Below, one piece after another: positions 1-13,390 of a DNA stretch of 64,000 nt (position 1 is the first letter of the stretch; each line of letters opens with the position of its first letter). The DNA is from Myxococcota bacterium (lineage in GTDB: Bacteria > Myxococcota_A > UBA9160 > SZUA-336). The stretch covers positions 19,856 to 83,855 of the forward strand of contig JBIOJK010000003.1 of assembly GCA_044450765.1 (NCBI GenBank), in the 5' to 3' direction. The notes below the pieces were generated by a model, which did not search any database, was not told where the DNA came from, and was given only the letters and a program-made list of their open reading frames with translations. The position numbers were made by a program, and so were the translations under genes.

Positions 1-703
1 ACTCGGCCGTGAGCACGTCGCCGGGCGCGCCGTGGGCGGCGACCGCGCCGCGCTCGAGTAAGACGATCTCGTCCGCGAAGCGGGCGGCGAGCCCGAGATC
101 GTGAGTCACCAGCAGGATTCCGCGCCCGGGCGCGGCGCACAGCCACGCGCGCAGCCACTCGAAGCAGTAGAGGCCGTGGCCGAGATCCATGTGCGCGGTC
201 GGCTCGTCGAGCAGCCAGGTGTCGACGCCCTGCGCGAACGCGCGCGCGAGCAGGACGCGCCGCTTCTCGCCGCCCGACAAGGTCGGGTAGGCGCGCTCGG
301 CGAGGCCGCCGAGGTCGAGCGCGGCGAGCGCCGCTTCGGTGCGCGCGAGGTCGTCCGGCGACTCACGGCCCAGCGCGCCCAGGAACGGCGCGCGCCCGAG
401 CGCGACCATCTCGCGCACACTGAAGGGGAACTGCATCGCGCTCTCCTGCGGCACGACCGCCAAGCGCTGCGCGACGCCGCGCCGTGTGTGCTCCGCGATC
501 GCGACACCGCCAAGTGTCACCTCACCCGAGTCGGGACGCAGCACGCCGGAGAGCGCGCGCAACAGCGTCGTCTTTCCCGCTCCGTTCGGCCCGACGACGA
601 CGAGCAGCTTGCCGGGGCCGAGCGACACGTCGACGCCGCGCAAGACGCGCGCGGCGCCGAATGCGTGCGAGAGAGAGCGCGCCTCGACCAGCGACTGGGT
701 CAC
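1..703 (-). CDS. ABC transporter ATP-binding protein, iron-siderophore/hemin/cobalamin importer type (FecE/BtuD-like); 5'-partial at the window edge
   Basis: The reverse-strand translation VTQSLVEARSLSHAFGAARVLRGVDVSLGPGKLLVVVGPNGAGKTTLL...LSGGEKRRVLLARA...LLDEPTAHMDL carries Walker A, the ABC signature and Walker B. The GTG start overlaps the permease stop. It is absent from the ORF track because it runs off the edge. Confidence 0.8.
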   Translation of the reverse strand, partial: MTQSLVEARSLSHAFGAARVLRGVDVSLGPGKLLVVVGPNGAGKTTLLRALSGVLRPDSGEVTLGGVAIAEHTRRGVAQRLAVVPQESAMQFPFSVREMVALGRAPFLGALGRESPDDLARTEAALAALDLGGLAERAYPTLSGGEKRRVLLARAFAQGVDTWLLDEPTAHMDLGHGLYCFEWLRAWLCAAPGRGILLVTHDLGLAARFADEIVLLERGAVAAHGAPGDVLTAE

Positions 704-1666
704 GCCGCGGGCAGTCGGGCGAGCTCACGCCGCAGCAGGACCAGGAACAGGGGGCCGCCGACCAGCGCAGTCAGCGCGCCGACCGGAAGCTCGGTCGGCG
801 CGAGCACGACGCGCGCGAGTGTGTCGGCGACGACCAGGAACGCCGCGCCCGCGAGCGCCGACGCCGGAACCAGCAGGCGGTGGTCGGATCCGAACGCGAG
901 CCGCAGCAGGTGCGGCACGATCAGGCCGACGAAGCCGATCAGGCCGGAGACCGAGACCGACGCGCCGATCATGAGTGCCGTCCCGGCGAGGATCCAGCGG
1001 CGCACCGCCGGCACGTCTACCCCGAGCTGCGACGCCGTCTCGTCGCCCTGCGCGATCAGGTTCAGCGCGTACGCGAAGCGCAGGGCGATCGCGAGGCCGA
1101 GCCCGAGCAGCGCCGCGACTGCCGCGAGCAGCGCCGGCTCGACCGAGCGGATCGAGCCGATCAGCCAGAGGAACACACCCGCCACCCTCGCGAGATCGGC
1201 GGCGCTGGTCGCGAACACGATCAGCGACGACGCGAAGGCGTTGAACACGACGCCGGTCAGCAGCAGGCTGTGAGCGGGCGCGCGCCCGCCGGCGGCCGCG
1301 ATCGCGTAGAGCAAGAGACTCGCGCCGAGCGCGCCCGCGAACGCCACCGCCGGCACCGCCGCAGCGCCGAGCCACAGGCCGCCGCCGAGCGCGAGCGCGG
1401 CGACGCCGCCCAGCGCCGCGCCGCCCGAGATTCCAAGCACGTACGGGTCGGCGAGCGGGTTCTGCAAAAGCGCCTGGAGCAGCGTGCCGGCCGTCGCGAG
1501 GCCCGCGCCGACGAGCGCGGCGAGCAGCGCGCGGGGCAGGCGAATCTGCAGCACGATCTCGCGCGTCGCGTGCTGCGCCGAGCCGACCAGCAGACTCACA
1601 CCCAGAGCGGCGGCGAGCAGCAGCGCAAGCGCGCCCAACAGCGACCCGCGCGAGCGTCGAGTCACG
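700..1666 (-). CDS. FecCD-family ABC permease (BtuC/FhuB-like)
   Basis: The C-terminal 320 aa of the 539-aa ORF is a multi-TM protein with typical FecCD motifs (LLLTGVVFNAFASSLIVF, GLIGFVGLIVPHLLR). The N-terminal 220 aa of that ORF is wrong-frame R-rich read-through. The GTG start VTRRSRGS overlaps the SBP stop. Confidence 0.85.
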
Positions 1667-2516
1667 ACCCGAGCTCCGGGTGAATGCGCGCGCGGAGGAG
1701 CTGGGCGCCCTGCGCGAGCTTCGCGCCCGGCAGGGTCGCCACCCCCGGCGGCACGAGCTCGACGCGCTTCAGCCAGGCAAAGCGACCCCAGTACGCCCGC
1801 GCGGCGTCGCGCGCGGCGGGCCCCTGTTCCTGCCGCGTCGAGTCGATCAGGACCTCGGGCGCGCGCTCGGCGAGTAACTCGAGCGACACCTGCGGGTAGC
1901 TGCGCGCCAGGTCCGCGAACACGTTGCGCCCGCCGGCCGCTTCGATCAGCGCACTCGCAAAGCTGCCGCCGGCAGCGACGTAGAGCGGCTCGCGCTCGAC
2001 GACGAGCGCAACGCTCGGCCGGCGCCGCCCTGCGACGGAGCGCGCGACCCCCGCCAGCTCGGCGCGCACGCGATCGGCCAGCTCGCGGCCCTGCGCGCCG
2101 CGGCCGACGAGCCCGCCCACGCGTTCGTAGTTCGCGATCACCGCGTCGAGTGACCCGCCGGTGTCGATCTCGCGCACGGCGATCCCGCGCGCGCGCAGCT
2201 CCGAGAAGAACCCGGCTTGTGATTCGCTCTGCACGCCGACGACCAAGCTGGGGCGCAGCTCGAGCGTGCGCTCGAGATCCGGCGCGAACAGTCCGCCCAG
2301 CGACGGGATCGAGCCGCATTCGGGAAGCTCGCGCGAGAAGCGGTCGACGCCCACGATCCGGTCGCGCATGCCGAGCGCGAGGAGTATCTCGGTCGTCGAG
2401 GGCGAGAGCGAGATCACGCGCAGCTCACCCGACTCGGCGGTCGCCCGCGCGCCCGCCTGCTCGCGACAGGCCGCGAGCGCCAGAACGAGACAGACGACGC
2501 GGACGGAGGCGCGCAC
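1662..2516 (-). CDS. periplasmic substrate-binding lipoprotein of ABC importer (BtuF/FecB-like, class III SBP)
   Basis: It has a lipoprotein signal (LALAAC) and the sequence LRVISLSPSTTEILLALG...IVGVD. It is operonic with the permease and ATPase. Confidence 0.75.
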   Translation of the reverse strand: MRASVRVVCLVLALAACREQAGARATAESGELRVISLSPSTTEILLALGMRDRIVGVDRFSRELPECGSIPSLGGLFAPDLERTLELRPSLVVGVQSESQAGFFSELRARGIAVREIDTGGSLDAVIANYERVGGLVGRGAQGRELADRVRAELAGVARSVAGRRRPSVALVVEREPLYVAAGGSFASALIEAAGGRNVFADLARSYPQVSLELLAERAPEVLIDSTRQEQGPAARDAARAYWGRFAWLKRVELVPPGVATLPGAKLAQGAQLLRARIHPELGS

Positions 2517-2590
2517 GCCGGTGTTCTAGCACGGCGGCGGGGATGACGGAGGCGCAGCCGAACGCGTCCAGCCGCGCCTCCGGACCGCCG

Positions 2591-2938
2591 CTATTTCGCG
2601 GGCTGCGCGGTCGTCTTGCCTTCGAGCGCGACGTGCGGCCGGATCTTCTCCAGCTGCTTCTCGCCGATGCCCTTCACCTGAGACAGGTCCTCGACCCGCT
2701 TGAACGCGCCGTGCTCGGTGCGGTAGCGGATGATCGCCTCTGCCTTCGCCGGGCCGACCCCGGGCAGGAGCGACAGCTCCTCCGCCGTGGCCGAGTTCAC
2801 GTTGACGACGCCGCTCAGCGCGGGGCTCGTGCCTCGCGCCGCGGAGTCGCTGCCGGCCGCGGTGGCCGTGGTGTTCAGGAGCAGAGCCAGTGCGAGCGCC
2901 CCGAGGGCCGCCGCGATTGGATGACGCATGTTGCGCAT
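2591..2938 (-). CDS. comEA: ComEA-like helix-hairpin-helix DNA-binding protein
   Basis: It has a signal peptide followed by VNVNSATAEELSLLPGVGPAKAEAIIRYR...FKRVEDLSQVKGIGEKQLEKI, which is a tandem HhH. Confidence 0.8.
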   Translation of the reverse strand: MRNMRHPIAAALGALALALLLNTTATAAGSDSAARGTSPALSGVVNVNSATAEELSLLPGVGPAKAEAIIRYRTEHGAFKRVEDLSQVKGIGEKQLEKIRPHVALEGKTTAQPAK

Positions 2939-2992
2939 CCTCCTCTTGGTGATTGGGGTGAGGCTCGCGGGGTGAGGCGGGGAACTTCCGGT

Positions 2993-4003
2993 TCAGTGAC
3001 TGCGCTCGACCACGAAGTCGGCGAGCGCGTGCATCGCGCGCTTCGCCTCGCAGTCGACGAACGGCTCGATGCGCGCGCGCGCCTGCGCACAGACCTGGCG
3101 GGCGCGTTCGAAGGTGCTCTCGACGCCGTGGTGTCTCGCAACGCACTCCGCGACCTGGCGCACTTCGTCCCGGTCCGGAACGCGGCCGTCGGCGCTCTGC
3201 AGCGCGAACGACTTCAGCAGCGCGGACAGCGCCTCGCGCTCGCCGGTGGAGCAGCGCTTCAAGGTCGCGATCAGCGGCAGGGTCAGCTTGCCCTCCGCGA
3301 CGTCGGTGAGCGGAGCCTTGCCGAGGTCGAGCTCTTGGCCCGCGTAGTCGAGCGCGTCGTCGACGAGCTGGAAGGCGAGCCCGAGCTGCGCTCCGTAGTC
3401 GCGCACCGCGCGGCGCTCGGCGCGGGTGACTCCACCGAGCACGGCGCCCGACTCGGCCGACGCCGCCAGGAGACTCGAGGTCTTTCCGCCGATCACGTCG
3501 ATGTAGGTCGACTCGGTGATCTCCGGGTCGAAGCTGCGCGTGAGCTGGAGCACCTCGCCTTCCGCCATGGCGCGGATGCTGTCGGCGAAGCTCGCCAGGA
3601 TGTCCTGATCGCCGTCCTCGACGAGCGTCTGACACGCGCGCGCGAACAGGAAGTCGCCGACCAGAATCGCGAGCTTCGAGCCGAAGCGCGCGTTCACGCT
3701 CGGCCGGCCGCGCCGCGTCTCGGCCGCGTCGACGACGTCGTCGTGCAGCAATGACGCGCTGTGGAGATACTCGGCCGCGCTGGCGATCTGGATCGCGCGC
3801 GGTCCGCGGTAGCCGCACAGCCGCGACGCCAGCAGCACGACCACCGGGCGAATGCGCTTGCCGCCGCCGCCGAACGTGTGCTCGCCGATCGCGGGCACGA
3901 CCGGCGCAACCGAGCGCAGCGCTTCGCGCATGACGCGCTCGACCTGCTCGAGATCGTCGTGCAGGAACGCGATGATGCGGTCGAGGTCGCGGCTCTCGTT
4001 CAA
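2993..4003 (-). CDS. ispB: polyprenyl diphosphate synthase (octaprenyl/geranylgeranyl type)
   Basis: It has both aspartate-rich motifs of trans-prenyltransferases: LLHDDVVD... and FQLVDDALD. Confidence 0.85.
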   Translation of the reverse strand: MNESRDLDRIIAFLHDDLEQVERVMREALRSVAPVVPAIGEHTFGGGGKRIRPVVVLLASRLCGYRGPRAIQIASAAEYLHSASLLHDDVVDAAETRRGRPSVNARFGSKLAILVGDFLFARACQTLVEDGDQDILASFADSIRAMAEGEVLQLTRSFDPEITESTYIDVIGGKTSSLLAASAESGAVLGGVTRAERRAVRDYGAQLGLAFQLVDDALDYAGQELDLGKAPLTDVAEGKLTLPLIATLKRCSTGEREALSALLKSFALQSADGRVPDRDEVRQVAECVARHHGVESTFERARQVCAQARARIEPFVDCEAKRAMHALADFVVERSH

Positions 4004-4236
4004 CTCGCTTGCCCCTGGGTAGGCTGCCGAGTCTACCCGCGGCCCGGGTTCATGTCAAAGCGCTCACATGGTAAATCCTGTGATATTTCAGACAGTTGCC
4101 GAGTGTTCTCTCCACTCGACGAGAGCTTCGAGCCCGCCCGGCAACGGGTGCCCGCGGGCAAGAGCCGCGTCGCGCCTGACGCCGGCCGGCAGCGCCTGAC
4201 TCAAGCCGCCGCCGCCGCTGGCCGAACCGATTCCGA

Positions 4237-4827
4237 ATGGGCCGCGGCCAACAGGACGAGATCGACGAGGAGCTCGACGAGCTCGATCAGGGCTTGAAGC
4301 GCCTGCGCGTCGAGTACGACCAGTACTTTCTCGGGATCCTGAAGCGGCCGCCCGAGGTTCTGCAGGGCCGGATCCAGAAGGTCATCATCAAGTACGCGAA
4401 TCAGACACTGCGGAAGACACACCACAAATTCCGCTTCAACTCGCTGAACTCGAAATTCCAGGTCTACCGGCAGCAGTGGGGCCGCACGCTGCGGCAGATC
4501 GAGCAGGGCACCTACAAGGGACACCTGTTTCGCGCGAAGCTCCACGAGCGCGAGCGCGGAATATCGGATGAGACGCCGAATCCGCTGAAGCCGGCGGCGC
4601 CGCCGACTGCTCCGCCGGGCGCGATCGACAAGCTCTTCGACGCGCTCGTCGCGGCGCGCAAGCGCGCCGGTGATTCGGGCCCCGCGCCCGACCGCGCGAA
4701 GCTCTCCGAGATCGTGAAGAAGCAGACCGCCGCGCTGAAGCAAAAGCACCCGGGCGCGAAGGTGAAGTTCCGCGTCGCGATCGAGGGCAACAAGGCGAAA
4801 CTGGTCGCGAGCGTCGTGAAGTCCTGA
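4237..4827 (+). CDS. hypothetical protein, lysine-rich, predicted coiled-coil N-terminus and K/A-rich basic tail
   Basis: A 196-aa ORF with a clean ATG. Its composition (many K, Q, Y, F, N) is atypical for this genome. It is preceded by a 234-bp lower-GC divergent promoter region with TTGACA-like and GATATT elements. Confidence 0.5.
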   Translation: MGRGQQDEIDEELDELDQGLKRLRVEYDQYFLGILKRPPEVLQGRIQKVIIKYANQTLRKTHHKFRFNSLNSKFQVYRQQWGRTLRQIEQGTYKGHLFRAKLHERERGISDETPNPLKPAAPPTAPPGAIDKLFDALVAARKRAGDSGPAPDRAKLSEIVKKQTAALKQKHPGAKVKFRVAIEGNKAKLVASVVKS

Positions 4828-4855
4828 GCCGGACGCTGCGCTAACCTGCGCGCCC

Positions 4856-5965
4856 ATGCGCGTCGCCCTGGTGCACGACTGGCTCACGGGCTTTCGCGGG
4901 GGCGAGAAGGTCCTCCTCGAGTTCGCGCGGCTGTTTCCGGACGCGGATCTCTTCACCCTGATCCACGTCCCGGGCAGTGTGACTCCCGAGATCGAGCGCC
5001 TCCGCATTTCCGCCAGCCCGCTGTCGCGCGTGCCTGGCGCCGCGCGGCACTACCGCAAGCTCCTGCCGCTGTTTCCGTGGGCCGTCGAGCGCTTCCGGCT
5101 CGAGGGCTACGACCTCGTGATCTCGACCAGCCACTCGTTCGCGAAGGGAGCGCGCGTTCCGCACGGCACGCCGCATCTGTGTTACTGCTTCACGCCGATC
5201 CGCTATGCCTGGGACCTCGCCGACGAGTATCTCGGCCGCGGCGCCCGCCGCCTGCTGGCGGCGCCGTTGCTCGCGTATCTGCGGCGCTGGGACCGGCGCA
5301 CCAGCTCCCCCGCGCGCGTGACCGAGGTGGTCGCGATCTCTCACGCGATCTCGGACAGGGTGCGGCGCTGCTGGGGACGCGACGCGAGCGTGGTCTATCC
5401 CGGTGTCGACGTCGCGCGCTTTCGCGGGCTTGAGACGCGCCCCGGCGACTTCTACTTCATGCTCGGTGGGTTCGTGCCGTACAAGGCCGAGGGCCTGGCG
5501 ATCGAGGCGTTTCGCAGGCTCGACCGTCCGCTCGTGATCGCCGGCGACGGGCCGACGCGCGCGTCGCTCCAGGCAGGCGCGCCCGCGAACGTGCGCTTCC
5601 TGGGCCGCGTCTCGGACGCGGAGCTCGACGACCTGTACTCGCGCTGTCGCGCCCTGGTGTACCCGCAGCTCGAGGACTTCGGCATGATCGCCGTCGAGGC
5701 GCAGGCCGCGGGAAAGCCGGTGATCGCCTTCGGCCGCGGCGGCGCGACCGAGACGGTCGTCGGCCCGCGCGACGCATCCGGGCGGACGCCCAGCGGCGTG
5801 TTCTTCGCCGAGCCGACGGCGGAGTCACTCGCCGCGGCGGTGCAGGAGTTCGAGGAGCTCGAGGCGAAGCTCGATCCGCAGGCGATCCGGCTCAACGCCG
5901 AGCGCTTCTCGCTCGAGAACTTCCGCGCGGGAATCGCGCGCGCGATCGAAGGGGTGCTGCAGTGA
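4856..5965 (+). CDS. glycosyltransferase family 1 (GT4)
   Basis: MRVALVHDWLTGFRGGEKVLLEF... and a C-terminal GT1 fold with EDFGMIAVEAQAAGKPVIA (E-x7-E region). Confidence 0.8.
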   Translation: MRVALVHDWLTGFRGGEKVLLEFARLFPDADLFTLIHVPGSVTPEIERLRISASPLSRVPGAARHYRKLLPLFPWAVERFRLEGYDLVISTSHSFAKGARVPHGTPHLCYCFTPIRYAWDLADEYLGRGARRLLAAPLLAYLRRWDRRTSSPARVTEVVAISHAISDRVRRCWGRDASVVYPGVDVARFRGLETRPGDFYFMLGGFVPYKAEGLAIEAFRRLDRPLVIAGDGPTRASLQAGAPANVRFLGRVSDAELDDLYSRCRALVYPQLEDFGMIAVEAQAAGKPVIAFGRGGATETVVGPRDASGRTPSGVFFAEPTAESLAAAVQEFEELEAKLDPQAIRLNAERFSLENFRAGIARAIEGVLQ

Positions 5966-7068
5966 CTCGCAAGATTCCCATGGTCGATCTGGGCGCGCAG
6001 ACGGAGCGACTCTGGCCCGAGCTCGAGAAGGCAGTTCAGAGCGTCCTGCGCTCGGGTCGCTTCATCCTCGGGCCGAACGTAGAGGCATTCGAACGCGAGG
6101 CCGCGAACTTTCTCGGCACGCGCTACGCGGTCGGTGTGGGCTCGGGCACGGACGCGCTCGTGCTCGCTCTGCGCGCGCTCGGCGTCGGTGCGGGCGACGA
6201 AGTGATCGTGCCCTCGTTCACGTTCTTCGCGACCGCGGAGGCGGTGAGCCTCGTCGGCGCGACGCCGGTCTTCGCGGACATCGAGCCGACCACGTTCTGT
6301 CTCGAGCCCGATTCCGTGGCGAAGGCGATCAGTCTGCGCACGCGCGCGATCGTGCCCGTGCATCTCTTCGGTCACCCCGCCGAGATGGACGCGATCGCCG
6401 CGCTCGCGCGCGCGCGCGGGCTCGCGCTGCTCGAGGACGCCGCACAGGCGTTCGGCGCGGTCTACCGCGGGCGCAAGGTCGGCGGGCTGGGGAACGCGGC
6501 GGCCTTCTCCTTCTTCCCGTCGAAGAATCTCGGCGCGTTCGGCGAGGCCGGGCTGATCGCGACCGACGACGCGGCGGTCGCCGACTCGGTGCGCAGCCTG
6601 CGCGCGCACGGCTCGCGCGAGCGCTACGTGCACACGGAGATCGGCTACAACGCGCGGCTCGACGAGATCCAGGCGGCGCTCTTGCGCGTGAAGCTGCCGC
6701 ACGTGGCGGGCTGGAACGACGAGCGACGGCGCGTGGCTGCCGCCTACGATGCGTCACTTTTTGGTGTCACCGGCGTGCGGATCCCGCGCATCGCGCCCGG
6801 CTGCACGCACGTCTTCCACCAGTACACCGTGCGCGTGCCGGCGGAGAAGCGCGCGGCGATCCAGCGCGCGCTCGAGTCAGCCGGCGTCGCGACTCAGGTC
6901 TACTACCCGATTCCGAACCACGCGCTGCCGATGTACGCGGGGGGCGCGCCGTCGTTGCCCGAGACCGAGACGGCCGCGCGCGAAGTGCTCTCGCTGCCGA
7001 TCTTTCCGGAGCTCACCAACGCGGACGCGGCCGAGATCGCGCGCCTGCTGGCGGCCGCGCTGCGCTAG
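5962..7068 (+). CDS. DegT/DnrJ/EryC1/StrS-family PLP-dependent sugar aminotransferase
   Basis: GSGTDALVLALRAL, DEVIVPSFTFFAT, and SFFPSKNLGAFGEAG, which carries the PLP-binding Lys. Its start overlaps the upstream GT stop. Confidence 0.85.
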   Translation: MTRKIPMVDLGAQTERLWPELEKAVQSVLRSGRFILGPNVEAFEREAANFLGTRYAVGVGSGTDALVLALRALGVGAGDEVIVPSFTFFATAEAVSLVGATPVFADIEPTTFCLEPDSVAKAISLRTRAIVPVHLFGHPAEMDAIAALARARGLALLEDAAQAFGAVYRGRKVGGLGNAAAFSFFPSKNLGAFGEAGLIATDDAAVADSVRSLRAHGSRERYVHTEIGYNARLDEIQAALLRVKLPHVAGWNDERRRVAAAYDASLFGVTGVRIPRIAPGCTHVFHQYTVRVPAEKRAAIQRALESAGVATQVYYPIPNHALPMYAGGAPSLPETETAAREVLSLPIFPELTNADAAEIARLLAAALR

Positions 7069-8590
7069 CGGCCGCGCGCGGTGACCTGCGGCGGTCTGTT
7101 CGGCCACTTCTGGAAGGTGGCGCGGTGGCGGGCGAGCCCGCGCATCACGACCTCGATGTAGACCAGCTTCCGGATCAGGTAGCTGTGAGTCTCCTTCGGG
7201 TCGAGATACAGGTTGTACAGCCGCCCATAGGGGTACTGCTGCAGCACGCCGGTGAAGCCGCCGGGATTCACGACGTCGGTCGAGTCGTCGGAGATCGACG
7301 TGCTCATGTACTTGTACTCGCCTACGCGGATCGCCGAGAGGTGCAGCGTGAGCCAGTAGTAGTGGAACTTGCGGTTCGAGAGCCCGTCGGGCGCGAGCAG
7401 GAAGCTGGTCTGATCGATCGAGTCGACGAAGCGGTCGCCGGGCACGCGGTCGCCGACACCCGCCAGTGTCAGAAACGTCGCGAACAGATCGAGCTGCGCG
7501 AAGATCCCGTCCGAGGCGCGCGGCTCGATCATTCCCTTCCACGCCATCACGCCCGGCACGCGCACTCCCCCTTCCCAGGTCGAGCCCTTCGCGCAGCGGA
7601 AGGGCGTGAACGCGGCGTCGGGCCAGGTCTCCATCTCGGGGCCGTTGTCCGACGAGACGAACACGAGCGTGTTCTCGAGCTGCCCCGTGCGCTCGAGCGC
7701 GCGCACGAGCCGGCCGACGATGTCGTCGAGCTCGATGATCGTGTCCTTGTACGGGTGCTTCGAGGGTGACTTCCCGCGGAACTTCTCGTGCGGGTAGTTG
7801 TCGAAGTGCGCGCCGCGCGTGCAATGGTACAAGAGCCAGGGCTTTCGCTCGCGACTCATGCGCTCGATGAAGCGCTCGGAGTAACCCGCCCACTCGTCGT
7901 CCAGCCGCGAGAGCACGGGAATCGTGACCTCTTCGACTACCTGCGGCTGGCCGCCGCGCTGCGCGTGCACCCAGCACTTGTTGAACGGCTCGTTCTTGAT
8001 CCAGTTCGTGCGCGCGTCGCTGTAGACGATCTCGGGGAAGAAATACGGGTCGCGCCACTCCGTGTACATATCCGAGACGGAGAGAAAGCCGAAAAAGTCG
8101 TCGAAGCCGACGTTTTGAGGCTGTGACTCGAGGTTTTCGCCCATGTGCCACTTTCCGACGGCCTGGGTCGCGTAGCCCGCGTCGGACAGCAGCTGCGCCA
8201 GAGTCACCTCGCCCGCGAGCCCGCCGGGCATGCCGTACATGGGCGGCACCAGCAGGCCGTGCCTCATCGGCACCCGGCCCGTCATCAGCGAAGCGCGCGA
8301 CGGCGTGCAGGACGGCTCGGAGTAGCACGACGTGAGCAGCAGCCCGTCGCGCGCGAGGCGGTCGATGTGCGGCGTCGGCGCGCCGGTCATGACTCCGCCG
8401 CCGTAGCAGCCGAAGTCACCCCAGCCGACGTCGTCCATCAGGATCACCAGGAAGTTCGGCTTGCGTCCCGTGCGCCGCTCGAGCTCCGCGAGCTTCGCGT
8501 TCGCCGCCGCGATCTGCGCGGGATGCCGGAACACGGACTCCCGATTCGGCGCCACTTCGACCGTCGGCGCCGTGATCGGGTCGAACTCCA
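7065..8590 (-). CDS. sulfatase (arylsulfatase family); no signal peptide; non-ATG start
   Basis: It has the CTPSRASLMTGR sulfatase signature (C-x-P-x-R) and NFLVILMDDVGWGD. The 5' part of the 571-aa ORF overlaps atpC in another frame, so the true start is TTG/CTG at about 8588-8596, overlapping the atpC stop. Confidence 0.8.
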
Positions 8591-8592
8591 AT

Positions 8593-8997
8593 TCAGGCCT
8601 TCTGCGCGTCGACGCGCGCCTGGGCAAATTCGAGCGCTTCGCGCAGCTCGGCGAGCTGTTCGGCAGGCGCCGCGATCCCCGCCGCGTCGAGCGCCTGGGC
8701 CGCGCGCGCGCGGCGCGTCTCGGCTTCGGCCGCGTCGATCTGCTCGGGTGTCTCGGCCGAGGGCGCGAGCACCGTGACACGCTCCTGTGTCACCTCGGCG
8801 AAGCCGCCGGCGATCGCGATGCGACTCGCGCGGCCCGCCGCCGTGTAGCGCACGACGCCCGGCTTCAGCGCGACGAGCAGCGGCGCGTGACCCGGCAGGA
8901 TGCCGAGCTCGCCCTCGCTGCCGGGCGCGACGACCGAGTCGGCCTCGGTCGCGAGCACCGCGCGGCTGGGAGTCACGATCGAGAGCGACAGAGCCAC
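8593..8997 (-). CDS. atpC: F1 ATP synthase epsilon subunit
   Basis: MALSLSIVTPSRAVLATEADSVVAPGSEGELGILPGHAPLL... Its position is immediately 3' of atpD. Confidence 0.9.
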   Translation of the reverse strand: MALSLSIVTPSRAVLATEADSVVAPGSEGELGILPGHAPLLVALKPGVVRYTAAGRASRIAIAGGFAEVTQERVTVLAPSAETPEQIDAAEAETRRARAAQALDAAGIAAPAEQLAELREALEFAQARVDAQKA

Positions 8998-9000
8998 GGC

Positions 9001-11291
<2,291 letters not shown>

Positions 11292-11297
11292 GAACGC

Positions 11298-12835
<1,538 letters not shown>

Positions 12836-12839
<4 letters not shown>

Positions 12840-13390
12840 GTAGCGGGCCCCTTCTTGAGAGTTTCCCCGAGCTGTTCGAGCTGCGTTCGAATGCTGCCGT
12901 CGAGTGACAAGTCGCCGATGCGCGCGATCACGCCGCCGATCAGATCGGGATCCACGGCGAACTCGATCTCGACCTCGGCGTTCACGCGCCGCGAGAGCGC
13001 GTCGCGAATCTGGCGCTGGGCCGCGGCGTCGAGCGGCCGCGCCGAGACGACGCGCGCGCCGATCCGTCCCGCTTCGGCGTCGACCAGCTCCTTCAGCGCG
13101 TCGCACAGCGCCCGAAGCAACGCGAGGCGGTTCTCATCGACGAGTATCTCGGCGGTCGCGCGGATCTCGACGGAGAGCCCGAGGCGGTCGCACAGCTCGT
13201 GGACGATCGCCTTGCGCTCGGCGCGCGTGTGGATCGGCATCAAGAGGACGCGGGTGAGCTCGTCGCTCCCGGAGATCTCGACGGCGAGTGACTGAACTTC
13301 GGCGAGCAGGCGCGCGTGCTCCTTCGCGCCGTCCGCGAGGCCGAAGACTGCGCGCGCGTAGCGGCGCGCGATTTCGCCGGCGCCGATCAT
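12836..13390 (-). CDS. atpH: F1 ATP synthase delta subunit (OSCP)
   Basis: The C-terminal 184 aa of the 465-aa ORF ([19 protein letters not shown]...) matches delta/OSCP. The rest of that ORF is wrong-frame. Confidence 0.85.

Noticed and set aside
2516-2591. Cobalamin or other riboswitch upstream of the BtuF/FecB-like importer.
   Set aside because: The spacer is only 75 nt and comEA sits directly upstream on the same strand. This is too short for a B12 element.
1484-3754. A 756-aa ORF on the plus strand that is extremely Arg/Ala/Pro-rich. Similar long ORFs occur at 20222-22222(-), 42678-45179(+), 8461-10428(+), 34624-36036(-) and 35192-35821(+).
   Set aside because: They lie antisense or out of frame to strongly supported genes (ABC importer/comEA/ispB, dnaA, mfd, atpD, desaturase/MOSC). 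They have no start context and show the RRARRA-type composition expected from open non-coding frames in roughly 72% GC DNA.
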